Shown here: positions 15,480-29,135 of the stretch, piece by piece | Layout of the letters: each line of letters starts with the position of its first letter | How positions within the stretch are numbered: position 1 is the stretch's first letter | Notes under the pieces: generated by a model | Seen by the model: the letters and a program-made list of their open reading frames with translations, nothing else | Told to the model about the DNA's origin: nothing | Database searches by the model: none | Assembly (NCBI GenBank): GCA_964016885.1 | Contig: OZ024743.1 | Span: forward strand, 27,838,001-27,902,000 | From: Eledone cirrhosa | Lineage: Eukaryota | Reading direction: 5' to 3' | Length of the DNA stretch: 64,000 bases | Made by a program: the position numbers and the translations under genes

Positions 15480-16272
15480 ATGATAATAAGGGCGCTGCGG
15501 AGTTGCAAATGGGTTACATATGAAAAAGTTTGTCCTTCATCAGTGATCTTCCAACCATCATAGGCATTTCATCGCTTTAAAGACCTTATACCTCCGGTTG
15601 GTGCGAGCAACGGCTAAAAAAAAGTCGTTGGGACACGTAAATAAAGGGGACGCGAGGGTAAACAAACAAAATGGTGAAGCAACAGAAAGTGAGGAAGAAA
15701 GAGACAAGTCCCAGATTTCTATGAATTTAAATTCGGTGAAATCCTGAACGAGAGAATAAAGACCATCAAACCTGGTTGAAATGTCAGCAAGGAAGGAATT
15801 TCGCACAGGTCTAACGGGAGGAAGAAGGGGTCTGGTCTGCGAATTCGGTAAACATAAGTTCTGTGAAATCGTAGACGAGAGAGAGAAAAAATTCATACCA
15901 GCTTGGCCAGCGTGCGAGAGAAAAGAATTTCACACAGGTCAAACGGGAAGAAAGAGGAGGAGGAGAGGTAGTGACAGAGAATGAGTGAGTGAAGGGTGAG
16001 GAAGAGGCTAACAGAGAGAGAGACTGCTAGAAAGGGTAAAGATACATAGAACGAAAAAGACGGGTAGCAGCAGAGGAAAGAATGTGTAAATATGATAATA
16101 AGGGCGCTGCGGAGTTGCAAATGGGTTACATATGAAAAAAGTTTGTCCTTCATCAGTGATCTTCCAACCATCATAGGCATTTCATCGCTTTAAAGACCAT
16201 ATACCTCCGGTTGGTGCGAGCAACGGCTAAAAAAAGTCGTTGGGACACGTAAATAAAGGGGACGCGAGGGTA
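15480..16272. repeat. Element with about 180-bp terminal direct repeats (pLTR- or TRIM-like)
   Basis: 15480-15660 nearly identical to 16092-16272; non-coding interior with short internal repeats. Confidence 0.75.
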
Positions 16273-16273
16273 T

Positions 16274-16330
<57 letters not shown>

Positions 16331-16389
16331 GAAAGAGAGAGAGATGAGGAGGGAGAGAGAGAAAAGGAGATAGATCGATAGATAGATGG

Positions 16390-17981
16390 ATAACTTTTTA
16401 TTTATTTGCTACCAGGGCATCAAAGATTGGGACAAATACAAGAGGGGGAGTTTACATACATTTCCAGAGACGTGTAAAAACATATAACAAATAAAATATT
16501 TTGGGGTTTTGTTGTGGTTGCTTTTGTATTTGTTTTAGGTGGGGAGGGGTTGGGTGGGACAGTGTCTTGTGTTGTTATTTTTTCGTGTTGTTGTGGTTGT
16601 TGTTGTTGTTGTTGTTGTGGTGGTGGTGGTGGTGGTGGTGGTGGTGGTGGTGGTGGTGGTGGTGTTGGTGGTGGTGGTGGTGGTGGTGTGTGTGGGGTGG
16701 GCAGAAGCGTCTTTTTCTTTCTTTTTTTGGGTGGGTGGGGGGCATTTAAAAGGAGACAGGAAGCCCTCAGGTGACCACTTCTTGAACAGTTGTAGCATGA
16801 AGGCCGTCTGCCCTCAACAGAATTTTTTATGAAGGCGACTCCATCCAAGGACAGACGCTGCGATATTCTTGCTATCCGTTCTGGTCTCATTTGGAACAGA
16901 ACTTCAAGGCTATTGCCGTCGAATACGCCCCCGGTAGATTCGCCTATCGAAAGGATTGTGTCCTCATCTTCTAAGAATCCCGTTAGCACCCACCAAATGC
17001 TCGCATTTGGCCTGATGCCCGAGATTCTTATCTTTTGAGTTCTTTTTCCCAAATATGTGGGGAAAAAGGTGTATGCTTTGGATACAATTGGCGACACAGA
17101 ATATTTCCGTGCCGCCAATTCATCTTGCATTAAAACAGATATGCTTCCATACAGTTTCCCTTTATGTATGAAAGCGATATCCTTGCAGGCACTACTTAGG
17201 ACCAGATCAATTTCGCTTGGGGACAATTGAGCCGGTTTCCTAGTCGTGTTCGAAACTGTCCTAAAGATTACGGTCCTGAGGACTGTGTCCCTTCTAATTT
17301 CTTAGGGAAAGGTAATTGTGAATTCCCCACCTTCCCCAAAATTTACACAATTCCTTGCTTCTTTCAGCAATTTCTTGGCATTCGAGATGTCCAGTGCCTT
17401 GTATGTCTGCGTTTCTCGGACTGCCTGTGCGAAGGAGACTGCAGCTGTGGGTCCATTTTCTTTCGTGTTGTTATCATTGCTGTTGTTGTTATTCGTGTTG
17501 GCTTGCCTTTTTCCTTTGTTGGTGTTGTCATTATTGCTGTTTTTGGTTGTGTTGTTATTGTCATCGTTGTTGTTGTTGGTTGTGTTGTTATTGTCATTGT
17601 TGTTCTTGTTTGTGTAATTGTTACTTTTGGGGTTTTCACCCATTTCCACAATTTTTTCTTTTGATTCCGTGGTGTCTTTTTCGGGAGTGGGGAGGGAAGG
17701 CTTACAACGTTGTGCTGCTACCTTCTCTCTATCACTTTCCTGGGGGGGGGGGCATGCGTCGTGTTAATGGCGTCCATTGTCACTAAACGACTTTTTATCG
17801 ACAACTTATAACTATCAAATTTCGCCCCAAAAAGGGACGAAATTTATTTTACCCAACGTCTGCAGGCCCAGGCGAGGGTTTAAACACAACAAATAACAAC
17901 TAGCTTAAACAAACCTACCGCTTCTCGTAATAAATTCCGACAAAATGCAGGAGCGAAACAAAAACACGTCTATCTTCTCCG
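16390..17981 (-). mobile_element. ORF1-only Tx1/L1-like non-LTR element in (GATA)n
   Basis: 5'UTR, gag-like ORF, then AATAAA-containing 3' end; GATA repeats at 16273-16392 and 17982-18072; no EN or RT. Confidence 0.7.
16420..17649 (-). pseudogene. Gag-like ORF1 with CCHC zinc knuckle and one premature stop
   Basis: ORFs 17302-17649 and 16420-17226 share a frame and the gap is open (EIRRDTVLRTVIFRTVSNTTRKPAQ); SFAQAV motif; CYNCSRSGHLRASC; TAA at 17302-17304. Confidence 0.8.
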
Positions 17982-17991
17982 AGATAGATAG

Positions 17992-18073
<82 letters not shown>

Positions 18074-20992
18074 GAAGTATAATTAGTAAAATCCAATTGG
18101 AAGGTCCACTCCTTTTTGGCTGGCCTGTAATCTAAGTGGTTTTAAACTGTTTATTATTTGTCGAAATCCAGATCGAACCCAGTGTCGGTAAGGGAAATAA
18201 CCTTTGTATAAAATCGATTCAATAACGTCGGCATGGGGCAGTCTTTTGTTCTGTAAGGTGCATTAGTGCCATGGTTAATATACATTGTATCCGGAATTAA
18301 CGTTTAAAATAGGACGTAATTACATTGAAACAGAGTTGTTGAGATTAGGATATGAAGAGGAAGTTTGAGTGGAAAATAAAGTCTGTTGTATTGGAATCCC
18401 TCTAGGAACAACTAGGGCTTAGTGTATGAAGCTGAGCGTGACCATGCTGGTATTCTAAATTTTATTGTCAGTTTTCTGTCCGCTCCTTGACCTTCATTCT
18501 CCTGTAAAGCATTCAGTTAGTTGAACAGAGTAAAAATTCTCAGAAAATGTATACGCTTTGATACATGCATATAAATATGTATGGATTTACGTATATGTAT
18601 GAATATATCAACAAAGCTAAAGCATATTAGCTTAAAGGCATTGAGTCCATAGGTTCCAGTATAAATATACACACAAGCTGTATATCCACATACAGTGGGG
18701 GCAATTACATTTCGTAATATACATATGTATATATATATATTTATTTATTTAGGTTTGTTGGTTCACCACTGGATAACACTTGTCATTCCGTATGGTCAAC
18801 CTCGATGTAATATTATGGAGAGCACTCAACGTAATGCAACTCACCCGTCTTCGTTTGTGTCGTTTAAAACAACGTAAACTTTACAGGAAATCTGCATGTT
18901 GACTATTTGAGTTGGCCTACGTTTGCATCAGCTTGGGAAGTAAAAGAGAAACTTTGCAAATGAGTACTGCACAGGGTTTAATGAACTATGATTTTAATCT
19001 CCTAACAAAATTAGTGCTGCATATCTTTTGCCCATCGAAATGATGCATTTATTGATCGCATATAACAGGAAATAGATATTCTGTGCTTAAACAGAGAGCG
19101 TTCTGCGATGTAATTTGACAAAGTCAAACAACCTGCCCAAGCTTGCAAGCCGTAGCTACATCAAAAGAAGGTTTAAGCTAACTTTGTTCCTCGCTCGACA
19201 AGTTGACTCATTCAATACCAGTTCTTGAAGCCATGACAGCAGAGAATTATTTTCAAGAAATCGACAAAATGCAACAAGGACTGCTACATTTAGATCCATT
19301 ATTAGTAACTCATAAAAACACTTGTCTCACAACTTTCCCTGCATAAAATTAAAAAAGCTCTACTCTATCCAGAATGATCTTCATACTTCTCTTTGACAGA
19401 CTGCAATTTATTCAAGTATCTCAAAAGATCCCCGAAAAGAAGGTTTTCAACAAAGAAGCACCATCTCAAAATAGCTTCGAAGAGTGTATAGATCTTAGGA
19501 GTAGAGTCTTCTATGCTACGGGAATAAGTAGGCGTGATTTTGTTTGGCAATCGTATAAATTAATAAAATCTATTCTGATTGGAGTTATGGTCCTTGAAAT
19601 TTGATGGTAAAAACAGCAATTTTCTTTGCCCTAGCCTGTTATATGAATGTGAGTATCTGGGTATTTCTAATGTTTCATGTTATTGGATAAATACGTTAAA
19701 GGATGATATACAGAAAGATGTACGCCAAACAATGAATACTTAATTAATAGGAATTTCCCTTTTAACGAAAGGAAACACAATTTGACTGGAATTTGTGGTG
19801 AATTTCAAAGAGACGGAGAGAGAAATTCAAGAAATTGGGAGTTAATTCCCTCGTGCTGACTGACGAATTGATATGAATTCGTAGTAGGTCAAGTCATATT
19901 TTGAATATCAAAAGCGCTGGACAATATCTCAATCAGTTCAGGCTACACCTTGATATACATGTTATATCTATGGAAAATTGATGAAACTGTGTCTGTAAAT
20001 GTGATAGAAAGATGGAATGAGAAATTACCAGCTTAAAACTAGTTATTTATTTTATGAATAACTCCTAAAAAACATTAGAATGAGATCCTGCTTCAATCAT
20101 AGGAAATCCAGAATAATAGCAGCAATGTGAAAATAGGATATTTGTTTGTATTCCATCAGTTGCATAAATTTTGTATAAATAGTACACTTCTGTTAAACAT
20201 ACGAGATCAAATTTCAAGCTGGTAAATTCTCATTTAATGTTTCTATTATATTTCGTAACCCGTTCAAATAACATGAGATTTGAAAGTACTGTAATCGACA
20301 GTGGTGTAGATCTGAAGAATTCCATTCCATATAGGATGCTCAAGAATCGCAAGTCCCACGAACTTCTTTATGTATGCTCCTACTGTTAAAACCAAATATA
20401 TTGTGCATCCTTGGGTGCTGTCTTTACAAATTTCAGAATTCTAAATGCTATGATGGTTATAGAACTAATGCCATAAAGCTGGTATTCGTTGTAATTCAGT
20501 AATTCTTTATTGTTTCAAGTATTGCCCCTGGAAAGATGTAATATTTGGATGCGTGGGTTATCTCTGGATTCTCTGGGTTTTAAACGTTAAAACCTCCCAA
20601 CATCCCTGTTACTACTAATTCGTAATAGTTTTAAAGAATTGGGGTATTTCAAAAATGAAGATAATAATTTCAAATTAATTAATATAAAATTCTTCAGTTT
20701 GACTTAATATTATATTTTTATTTACTAAGCCTGAATTAGCAATATGGGATTTACAGAATTGAATTGTAAAGCATAGCACTCATTTTGAGTACAGTGCATT
20801 AGATACCATAAAAGTTTGGAAAACAATTCTGATATACTCGTAAAGCTTTTTCAACTCAACAACACCGTGTATTCTGCTGTACATACACATATAATTGTAT
20901 AACAAAGGTATGTTCCATACATTACACATTATGTAAACACACAGATATAGCTGCATGCACATACCCATATATATACATATACGTACAAACAT

Positions 20993-21106
<114 letters not shown>

Positions 21107-22021
21107 GACGTAAAATAAGAAAATTATAAAAATTTACTTACTTACTAAAATTTCACTCCAACTATATATAGACTATAAATATAAAAGACTCCCTGAAGCA
21201 CACTTCTTGTTATCACCTTGGTTTTAATTGCTAATTGAATAACGAGGACCTATGAAAAAATGCTATATTGGCAAACTGCCAAACCGTAAATCTTGGTACA
21301 TTTCTCAATGGTGTGAACGCCAGAAAAATGAGCGATGTTAGTAGAGAAGATAAGGTTTGTGTGAACTGAATTTCCTTTTTTTTTTTTTCAATATATTTAT
21401 CTCGTGTTAAAAAAGTTTAGTTGATTTTCTAATAATGACGTTAAGCCGTTTCGGCGTTTCAGACACAAAAATACTCTTTTGGAAGTCGTCCTACAATTCT
21501 TATTACATTGTTGTAAATTACTATTTCCAACAATGTTCAACGATGCCTTTTGTGATTCTTGCTTGTTTGTGGCTTTGTTTTGGAGTTTTATCAGAACAAT
21601 GCTCGATTGATTTACCTTGTTTATTATGCTTTCGCTGATATTTGAGCTTCCAGTTTATTGTTTAACAGATCTTATTGCTTTATGTAATGCAATAATAATG
21701 TTATGAAATAGAAAAGCTGTTGTTGCTGTCGTTTAGCCACATATTAATTCTGTTTGAGAAGAGCAACAAACGATGATCAACGTATCTTCTTGGGGACGAG
21801 TAGGACTATAATACCTAATTTGAAATCTGCTTATATAACACGATAAATCCAGCTACCACATAATGTCTGCCTCAAAGACATATTTAAACATACAGATTGT
21901 GTAGCCAATGTGATTATATAAATCATGATACCCCAGTTATTTTATCTCATTTAAGAAAACGAAACTTGTTTGAAATATTAAGAATCCAGATGTCCGTTTA
22001 AAGCGTCGATGTCTCGTATTT

Positions 22022-22216
22022 CAGATCAGCCAATCTCTAAAATTCGAAACGGAGAGTACCATGAAAAAAGGTGTCCCAAAACAGGGAGAAATGAGGCAAA
22101 ATGGGGAAATTTTACATAATGAAAACTATATTCATTTTAACAAGAGAAGACATCTCTCACCCATCCCAAATTCAGTGGGAGATCTCCCCGTCAGACGGGG
22201 AGAGATGACAGGTCTG
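22022..22216. mobile_element. Old MITE copy 1 (hAT-like ends)
   Basis: Ends CAGATCAGCCAAT / GATGACAGGTCTG; homologous to 23503-23697. Confidence 0.6.
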
Positions 22217-22465
22217 ATATTGTTTTTCGGTGCTTCATTCCTTTTTTCTTACTCCTTTTCTTATTTCCATTTTTTTTTCTTTCGTTTCCTTATTAGCATG
22301 TGCATTGTACAGATTCTTTACTACTGGATATGTTGTATTGCAATAAATTATACCTGTAATATTCATCAACACAGTTAACTTTTCAGATCCAGGCGATGAA
22401 AATAACATACTCTTCTCTTGTCAGTCTTCAGAACATTTCCAATGGTTAATGAAAAGATACCGGCA

Positions 22466-22506
<41 letters not shown>

Positions 22507-22509
<3 letters not shown>

Positions 22510-22841
22510 TATTTGGAAATACACTGTATGTTTAATTAAAAGCATTTTGAAGACCTTACGCTATTGTTTTAAAGTAGTGACTATGTCACTTACTTCTTTT
22601 TTCAAGAATAAGCTGACAGATCTCTGTTTCATACTGTTGGTATTCATCAGAGCTTAGCACTCGTCTTTGTCTGTTGAAAATTATAAATGTTGGATTCTTA
22701 TAGAATTCCAGTAATAATCAGAAACTGATTATACAGAACGGTTGCCGGTCCACCAAAAATGTACAGTGTATTGCCAAATATACTATATATACATCGCAAT
22801 TTCAGAGCACCAATTCTAATTTTCAACTTTTGCTGGACCGG

Positions 22842-22843
<2 letters not shown>
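22507..22843 (-). mobile_element. PLE terminal remnant in (TA)n
   Basis: Contains a canonical hammerhead and an inverted repeat TTGCCGGTCCAcCAAAA / TTTTGcTGGACCGGCAA (22742-22843). Confidence 0.7.
22609..22656 (-). ncRNA. Canonical type I hammerhead ribozyme
   Basis: Minus strand: TAAGCT CTGATGA ATAC caaca GTAT GAAA CAG agat CTG TC AGCTTA; all three stems pair, GUC site. Confidence 0.9.
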
Positions 22844-22875
<32 letters not shown>

Positions 22876-23037
22876 GTGCAACCACTTCATTACAAATATA
22901 CATGTTGTTACCACTCTGAGAATGGTTGGCTCGCATATCCGTTCAATCAAGGGCACCCGAGCTATAGGAAATGTTTTTCCTATCGTCTCGGTAGTCGGTA
23001 ACTACACACACACACACATATATATATACATATATAT

Positions 23038-23136
<99 letters not shown>

Positions 23137-23502
23137 AATATACAGAGAGAGAGAGAGATAAGTGCTGTGCTAATTGAACGTACGTTACCTTGATAATAAG
23201 AATAGAACAACACAAACGATAAGATAAAAGTATGTGTGTATCATTTCATACTGATATCCTGACACCTGTCAAATACGATCTTGTTTAGGGACACGTGGAA
23301 TAATGTAGTTATCATATTCTCCTAATTTCCATTAGGACATCAGTCTAGACAGATACTTTCGTATGTTCCTCTTTATAAATGGCTTCTAATATCATTCGTG
23401 GCTTCTAGTATTTCGATTCTTCTTATTGGGATTATTTTATGTTTTTTCTGTGATCAGAAACTTGGTGCGACCTCTTGTTCTTGTGTTGTCAATTCCACAA
23501 TG

Positions 23503-23697
23503 CAGACTTGCCAACATCTAAAACCCCAAACAGGGAGTACTATGAAAAAAGTGTTCCCAAACGGGGAAAGAATGAGGCAAAATGGGGAGATTCTACATAA
23601 TGAAAGCTATACCCATTTTCATAAGAGAAGGCATCTCTCACCCACACTAAAGTGGGTGGAAGATCTCCCCGTCGGACATGGAGAGTTGACAGGTCTG
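23503..23697. mobile_element. Old MITE copy 2
   Basis: TIRs CAGACTTGCCAAC / GTTGACAGGTCTG (11 of 13 complementary). Confidence 0.65.
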
Positions 23698-25813
23698 AAA
23701 TGGATCATTCTATGAGATAGTGATTAACTTCGATGTCATGGTGGGATGAAAAATCCTCCCCTACTACAATTGACTATAAGGTAAGACTCCCTACCAGTTT
23801 AGTGAACTGAAACAATGTAGAGTAGTTATTGTTTTCCTCTTCAAAATCAGTTAAAATCAGAAGCTCATTTGAACTCATGCTCCATGTGTAAGTATTCCAT
23901 TGTATTGTACATTCAGTCCTCCCATTTGCTGTAGAAGCTACGTAAAAACTTTTACGATCAATCTCTTTTAAATTCTTTTCTTCCATTCGTTGCGTCTATA
24001 GGTACTTCGCACAAATAATTTTCACTTATCGCACGTTTTCTATGTTATTTTACCATTCTATACTACACTTATCGTCATTTGCGTCTTTTTCATGTTCGTG
24101 AATTTAATTGGATACTTTTGCTATTATTCGAAATTAAAGTTTGTATGGTTGGTAAATTATAATTTCTCATAGGTATAATATCTTTAACCAGTTTCTCTGA
24201 GTAAAGAACACTATTTCTATTTCTGGTCTGGTTCCAACTTCCTGTTACCGAAAGTGGATTGGAAATCTTCCTTTTAACATCACACAAAGATTTTTTTATT
24301 TTATTACAATCAATAGATGCAGAGCTACCCATAGTGAATTAGCAATACAATTTCCATTGATTTAGGATTTACGTCAAAATACACATACGCATAAACACCA
24401 CATAAGCAGTCTCATACGAACACACCTATACTGCACACATATGCACACACAGATACATATGCAGACATAGTGAAGTAATGGCTGTGAAATTTATAAACAC
24501 TGTGCGTAGATTGCTAGATTAAATAGTCTTATAGGGTTTATCTTCGTCAATCTGCATTCCGAGTTCAAATTCTGTCGATGTTGTTTTCCCTCCAGAATCA
24601 ATAGTATAAGTATCAATTATATGCCAGATTTGACTCAATCGATTACATACTCTCCCCAACAAAAATCGGTATGTTACTTTCTGATAAAAGAAATCAATTG
24701 ATATAGGTTTCTAAACGATACAATACAAACAAGAATAGCGAGACATACTAGCTAAAAATTGAACTTCCAGGTGGTAGGGTTGTAAGATCAGAACGAACAG
24801 CTTAATCTTTTTATTTCACAAATGAGTTATATTTGATACTTGATGCTGCTAGGCAATCATTTCAGACACTGCTTCTTCATATCCATATTTTCAGAGCAAA
24901 TTTTCTATTACATTTTCCCGTATTTAATTGGTTTGTTTCCATGTTTTAATATTGTTCCTATCTCCATTTAAAACGAAAAGTTCTAGTATTAATTAAACTA
25001 ATCTCTGAGCTCAGTGGGCTGATTGACTGAAAGTAGTGTTTTGGTTGCCTCAATACAAATTCAATGTTACATATAGAGATGGAATGGGAGAATTGCATCT
25101 ACTCCCTCCACTGTACCACTTCTGAAGAGAACTTGACTATTAAGACTGTACTTTGAGCAAGTTTGCTAGGTTAATTTGAACTCCATTCAGAATATGGTAC
25201 TACGTCGGAAAAGTTACACAATTTGTACAATAACGGTATTTATATTTTTCGACATAAAAGGATAAAAATGAAGTCATCTTATACAAGATTTGCAATCACT
25301 GGGTATAGAGTGATGAAACTAGATTAAATACTGAATATTAAATACTGAACTAAGAGACATGTCTTTTTTACAGGAACAAAAAGAGCTTTTGTTTTGTCAA
25401 TTGACTCGATCTATTACAATCTATTACTTGTGCTTGTTTGTATCATAAACACGAACGGATTAGAGTGAAATATAAACCTGGCAGGATTCAACATAAACAA
25501 AGAAATTAAAGGTTTCGTATTTTGTTGCAGATCACAAAGACGTAAAGAGAGTAAAGCCAACGCTAGAAGACGATGGAGGTGAAAAATAAATATGAGCTTA
25601 GCTGAAATTGAACTCAGACCGTAAAGCAATAAACACTGAATTATAATTTATAGCATACATGCACACCCACAAATTTGGCGGGGAGGGAATAGTCAATTCG
25701 TACGACCGTAGGGATTGTCTGCTACTTCTTTCATTCTGAAAAGAATTGGATTTGAAATCAGAGTGTAAAACGACGTAACTAATTGTTGGAAAGGATTTAG
25801 TCTGGCATATTTA

Positions 25814-26110
25814 CAGGGTGATCCGAAAGTCTTGTCACTCCTTGTCACATATTGTTTTAACTTTCATTATTTTTTTGTTTTAATAATATAATATATAATA
25901 TTAATTATAATATATAATAATAATAATATAATTTTCTATTTCAGAGACCCTACAGTTGGAAGAGAGGCTGCTTGCAAGTGTATGGACACATGATCGTGTG
26001 CATTCTGGCAAGAGCATGGAGGATGTGTGACATAACTTCAATATTCGGCAAACCGAAGAGGACGATACTGCGATGGAAACATAAACTGTTTCTCATTACT
26101 GTTTCTAACA
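25814..26110 (+). pseudogene. Tc1/mariner 5' remnant with N-terminal HTH
   Basis: TA-CAGGGTGATCC terminus; LEERLLASVWTHDR..PKRTILRWKHKLF resembles DUF4817-type transposase N-termini. Confidence 0.55.
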
Positions 26111-27984
26111 CACTCAAGTCTTGCCTTGATATTTTCAAATATTTGAAAGATTATTGGCAAGTCAAGTAACCATCGAATTAATAAGAATTGTCAATTCAGG
26201 TACTTCTGCATAATTCTACCATAAATAGAAATTTATTGGAACATTATAAAAGAATGCATGTTAGTCGTGTCATTGGGGAAATTATAGTCGTTTTTCTTTC
26301 TCTATAGCTGTTCTTGAGTTAAATAGATTTTCAAATTTATTCTATCTTGCCCATTAATTTTGCATACGCTTCAAACCTATTGTATTTTAAAGAATCACTT
26401 TGATGGGTATTTTTTCCATTTTGAAAAACAATAAAGACATTCAACTTTCTTGTTCATCTGGACAATAATCCGATGCTTCGTTTGTTTAGTTTTTGTTGCT
26501 GTTTTTTATCGTCTTTAAAAATAGAAAAGTTTTCCACTAAGTTGACAGATTTATAACTCACTGTTTTTAGACTGTAAATTAACCTGTCTGACACTAAAGC
26601 TAACAGATTGGCAATCGAGCAGACATTTATAGTAAACTATCAACCTGATCAAACATATTTAATATGTATAATGTCATCTGAGATTCAGAGTTTTTCCCAT
26701 TCTCTTGAAACTATTTCATTGATTTACTTGAAAATTCTTTCGTTTCGGGCATGTTTAGACGAGGCTCGGTCATTATACTCCAGAAATAGAGTATACCGGG
26801 AGAACAGATAAGTGAATTAATACCGTACTAGACAAGAATCGTGAAATTTCTGTTTAGAATCTTTTGAACCCTACTTAAATTTCAGCTAAATCAGTCCACC
26901 TATCTATCTGCAAAAACTAGGTCCCACACGAAGAAACTAATACTGAGAGCAATGCACATGCACGTCTAGCTACTTGAACAATCATATTTAGAAACTGGTG
27001 AAGACAGGATTATACGGATTATTACTGAACTAGGAATGTTAAATAAATTAAACAAAGATTTAAGTTAAAAAGTCGAAATACAGAGAAATTGTAGCAGCTT
27101 TCATTAAAAAAACATATTTTAGAGAAATAAAGCAAAATTGCTAAATCTAGACAAGGATTTATTCTTACACTAGTTCAAATATTTATAAAACAGAAATAAT
27201 GCATTCTAATAATAGCAAAATACCACACATTCCGTGGAGTGTGTGGTCAATCCACTGAAGTCATCTTCAATACATTACTAGTAGCTTATTTTATCGACCC
27301 TTGAATAAAGCTGACCTCGGCGGAATTTGATCCTAGCATCTAGAGAGCTGTAACTAAATACCACAATTATGCTAATTCCCTGCTCTAAGATATGTTTAAA
27401 ACAGAAACTGTTAACAATATATATATATTTTGAGAAATGAACTAGAGGATTTCACTGTAACTTTGAGGTGTGGGTTCAATTCTCATGTGTGCTAATGCCC
27501 ATTTTTTTTTTATATGTGCCGTTATTATCAGATTGTTTTATTTAGTCAAAGTTACGCCGAAATTTAATTCAATTTTCAAATTCCACTCGATGTTATCTAA
27601 ACATACTGCAAAATATTTTCTTTGAACATAAGTTATTGAAAATAGAAAACTATTCCAGTTCTATGTGTACTATATTATCTTATTATCATTCATTCTTTCA
27701 TTTGCAATCATATTATGAAATATATTTTAACCGAATTTTGGAATAGACAAATACTTTATCAGTGTTTCTTTTAAAAGAACACATTTATAACAGCCAATAT
27801 CACCCAAACAAACACAGCATTATAATATCAACAAATAATACTTAAAAGTTAAAAGGACACTAACATTTTAAATTTTGTTATCAACAGCAAACAGACGTCA
27901 ACAAAACTATATATCACTATTGCAATATTTTAATTCAAACAATCCATATGTAATCATAACAATTGTAAACTTAGTCACTAGCTG

Positions 27985-28470
27985 ACCATACATCTGTAAT
28001 ACGGTGCCAATAGAGGTCGGTTTTATAGTTCCATCTCTTTCCGTCTCTGAAAAGTTTGTTTGCCATTTGTGGCACGTTCCATGTATCTTCTTATGATTGG
28101 TATATGGCTTATGTTTCCAGTATCTAGGCGTGAGGAATACTGTCTAAAGCCTTCTGGTGACCAACCCATGCCATGCAATGACTCTTCTTTCTCTTTCTGC
28201 TTTCTTTGTTTATCAATAATTGATCTTTAGAGTCATATGAGCATTTGTAATATTCCTTCTGCTTTTATGGAAACACGTTGTTTATTCCAAGTATTAATTA
28301 TACTCCCTGCGATATTATTGTAGTTTTGAATTTTAAGTTTGTAGGAACCCAAGTTATCTGTCTATAATTTATTGAGTTTGCTGTTTCTTTATTATTCAGA
28401 ACTAAGGTAGTTTCCCGTTCACTAAGCCAGACTTCCGTTTAACTTCCTTGATAGCCACTTATACAACCCT
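27985..28470 (-). pseudogene. Decayed R4/Dong-like RT fragment
   Basis: KQKEYYKCSYDSKDQLLINK..MAWVGHQKALDSIPH parallels [31 protein letters not shown] in the element at 45064. Confidence 0.7.
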
Positions 28471-28924
28471 GCTAAATATGTTCATTAGAGGTTTTCCCCT
28501 TCCTTTCACATTGCTGTCTTGTGCCAAATTTAGAAACAATTATTTTTTAATGGTAGATTGGCATTATCGGACACAATTTCCTTGAGGTATTTAGTTATAG
28601 CTTTTTCCGTTTTGAGTTCAAATTCTACCGTGGTCGAATCTCCTCATCATCTTTTCAAGATCGATCAATATAATGTATTTCATTGTTCTTAACCACAAAA
28701 TTCTAATCTGCTGTTTATATAGGAAATAATTATTATTAGCACTATTGAATCCTTTATCAAACATTTCTGACAACAATATGCTTTACACCTCATCCTGACA
28801 TTCCCAAACCACCTGAAACTTCCACTTGATCTCGGATATAAAAGTGTTTATATTTATCTAAAACGTAAAATAATTTCACGCAACAACCTTTGTTAAATTA
28901 GCTTCCAGACATCAACTTAACATC

Positions 28925-29135
28925 GATTTCTAACATAAGCCCAAGGTGAGAGATTTGAGGAAGAGGAGGTTCGATTATATGAACCCAAGTACTTGACTTG
29001 TACTATACTTTATTGACGTTGAAAGGATAAAAGGCAAGGGGAATTTCGGTGGGATTTGAACTCAGAAAGTAAAGAGTCGGAACAAATGCTGCTAAGCATT
29101 TGTTGGGGCTTTAACAACTCTGCCTATTCACCGCA
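28925..29135 (-). mobile_element. SINE family 2-related, diverged
   Basis: GAAAGGATAAAAGGCAAGG..GGGATTTGAACTCAG; other decayed copies near 10130-10250, 24550-24640, 27280-27360, 28560-28680 and 58150-58290. Confidence 0.65.

Noticed and set aside
15536-15575. Hammerhead in the 180-bp direct repeat
   Set aside because: CTGATGA is present, but the GAAA and stems cannot be arranged in any hammerhead topology.
18691-18716. Tc1 TIR (TA-CAGTGGGGGCAA)
   Set aside because: No matching second TIR or transposase motif found.
22025-23697. Two paralogous AG..GT-bounded segments resembling duplicated exons
   Set aside because: Their ends are mutually inverted (CAGACYTGYCAAC), which fits a MITE, and the peptides resemble nothing I recognise.
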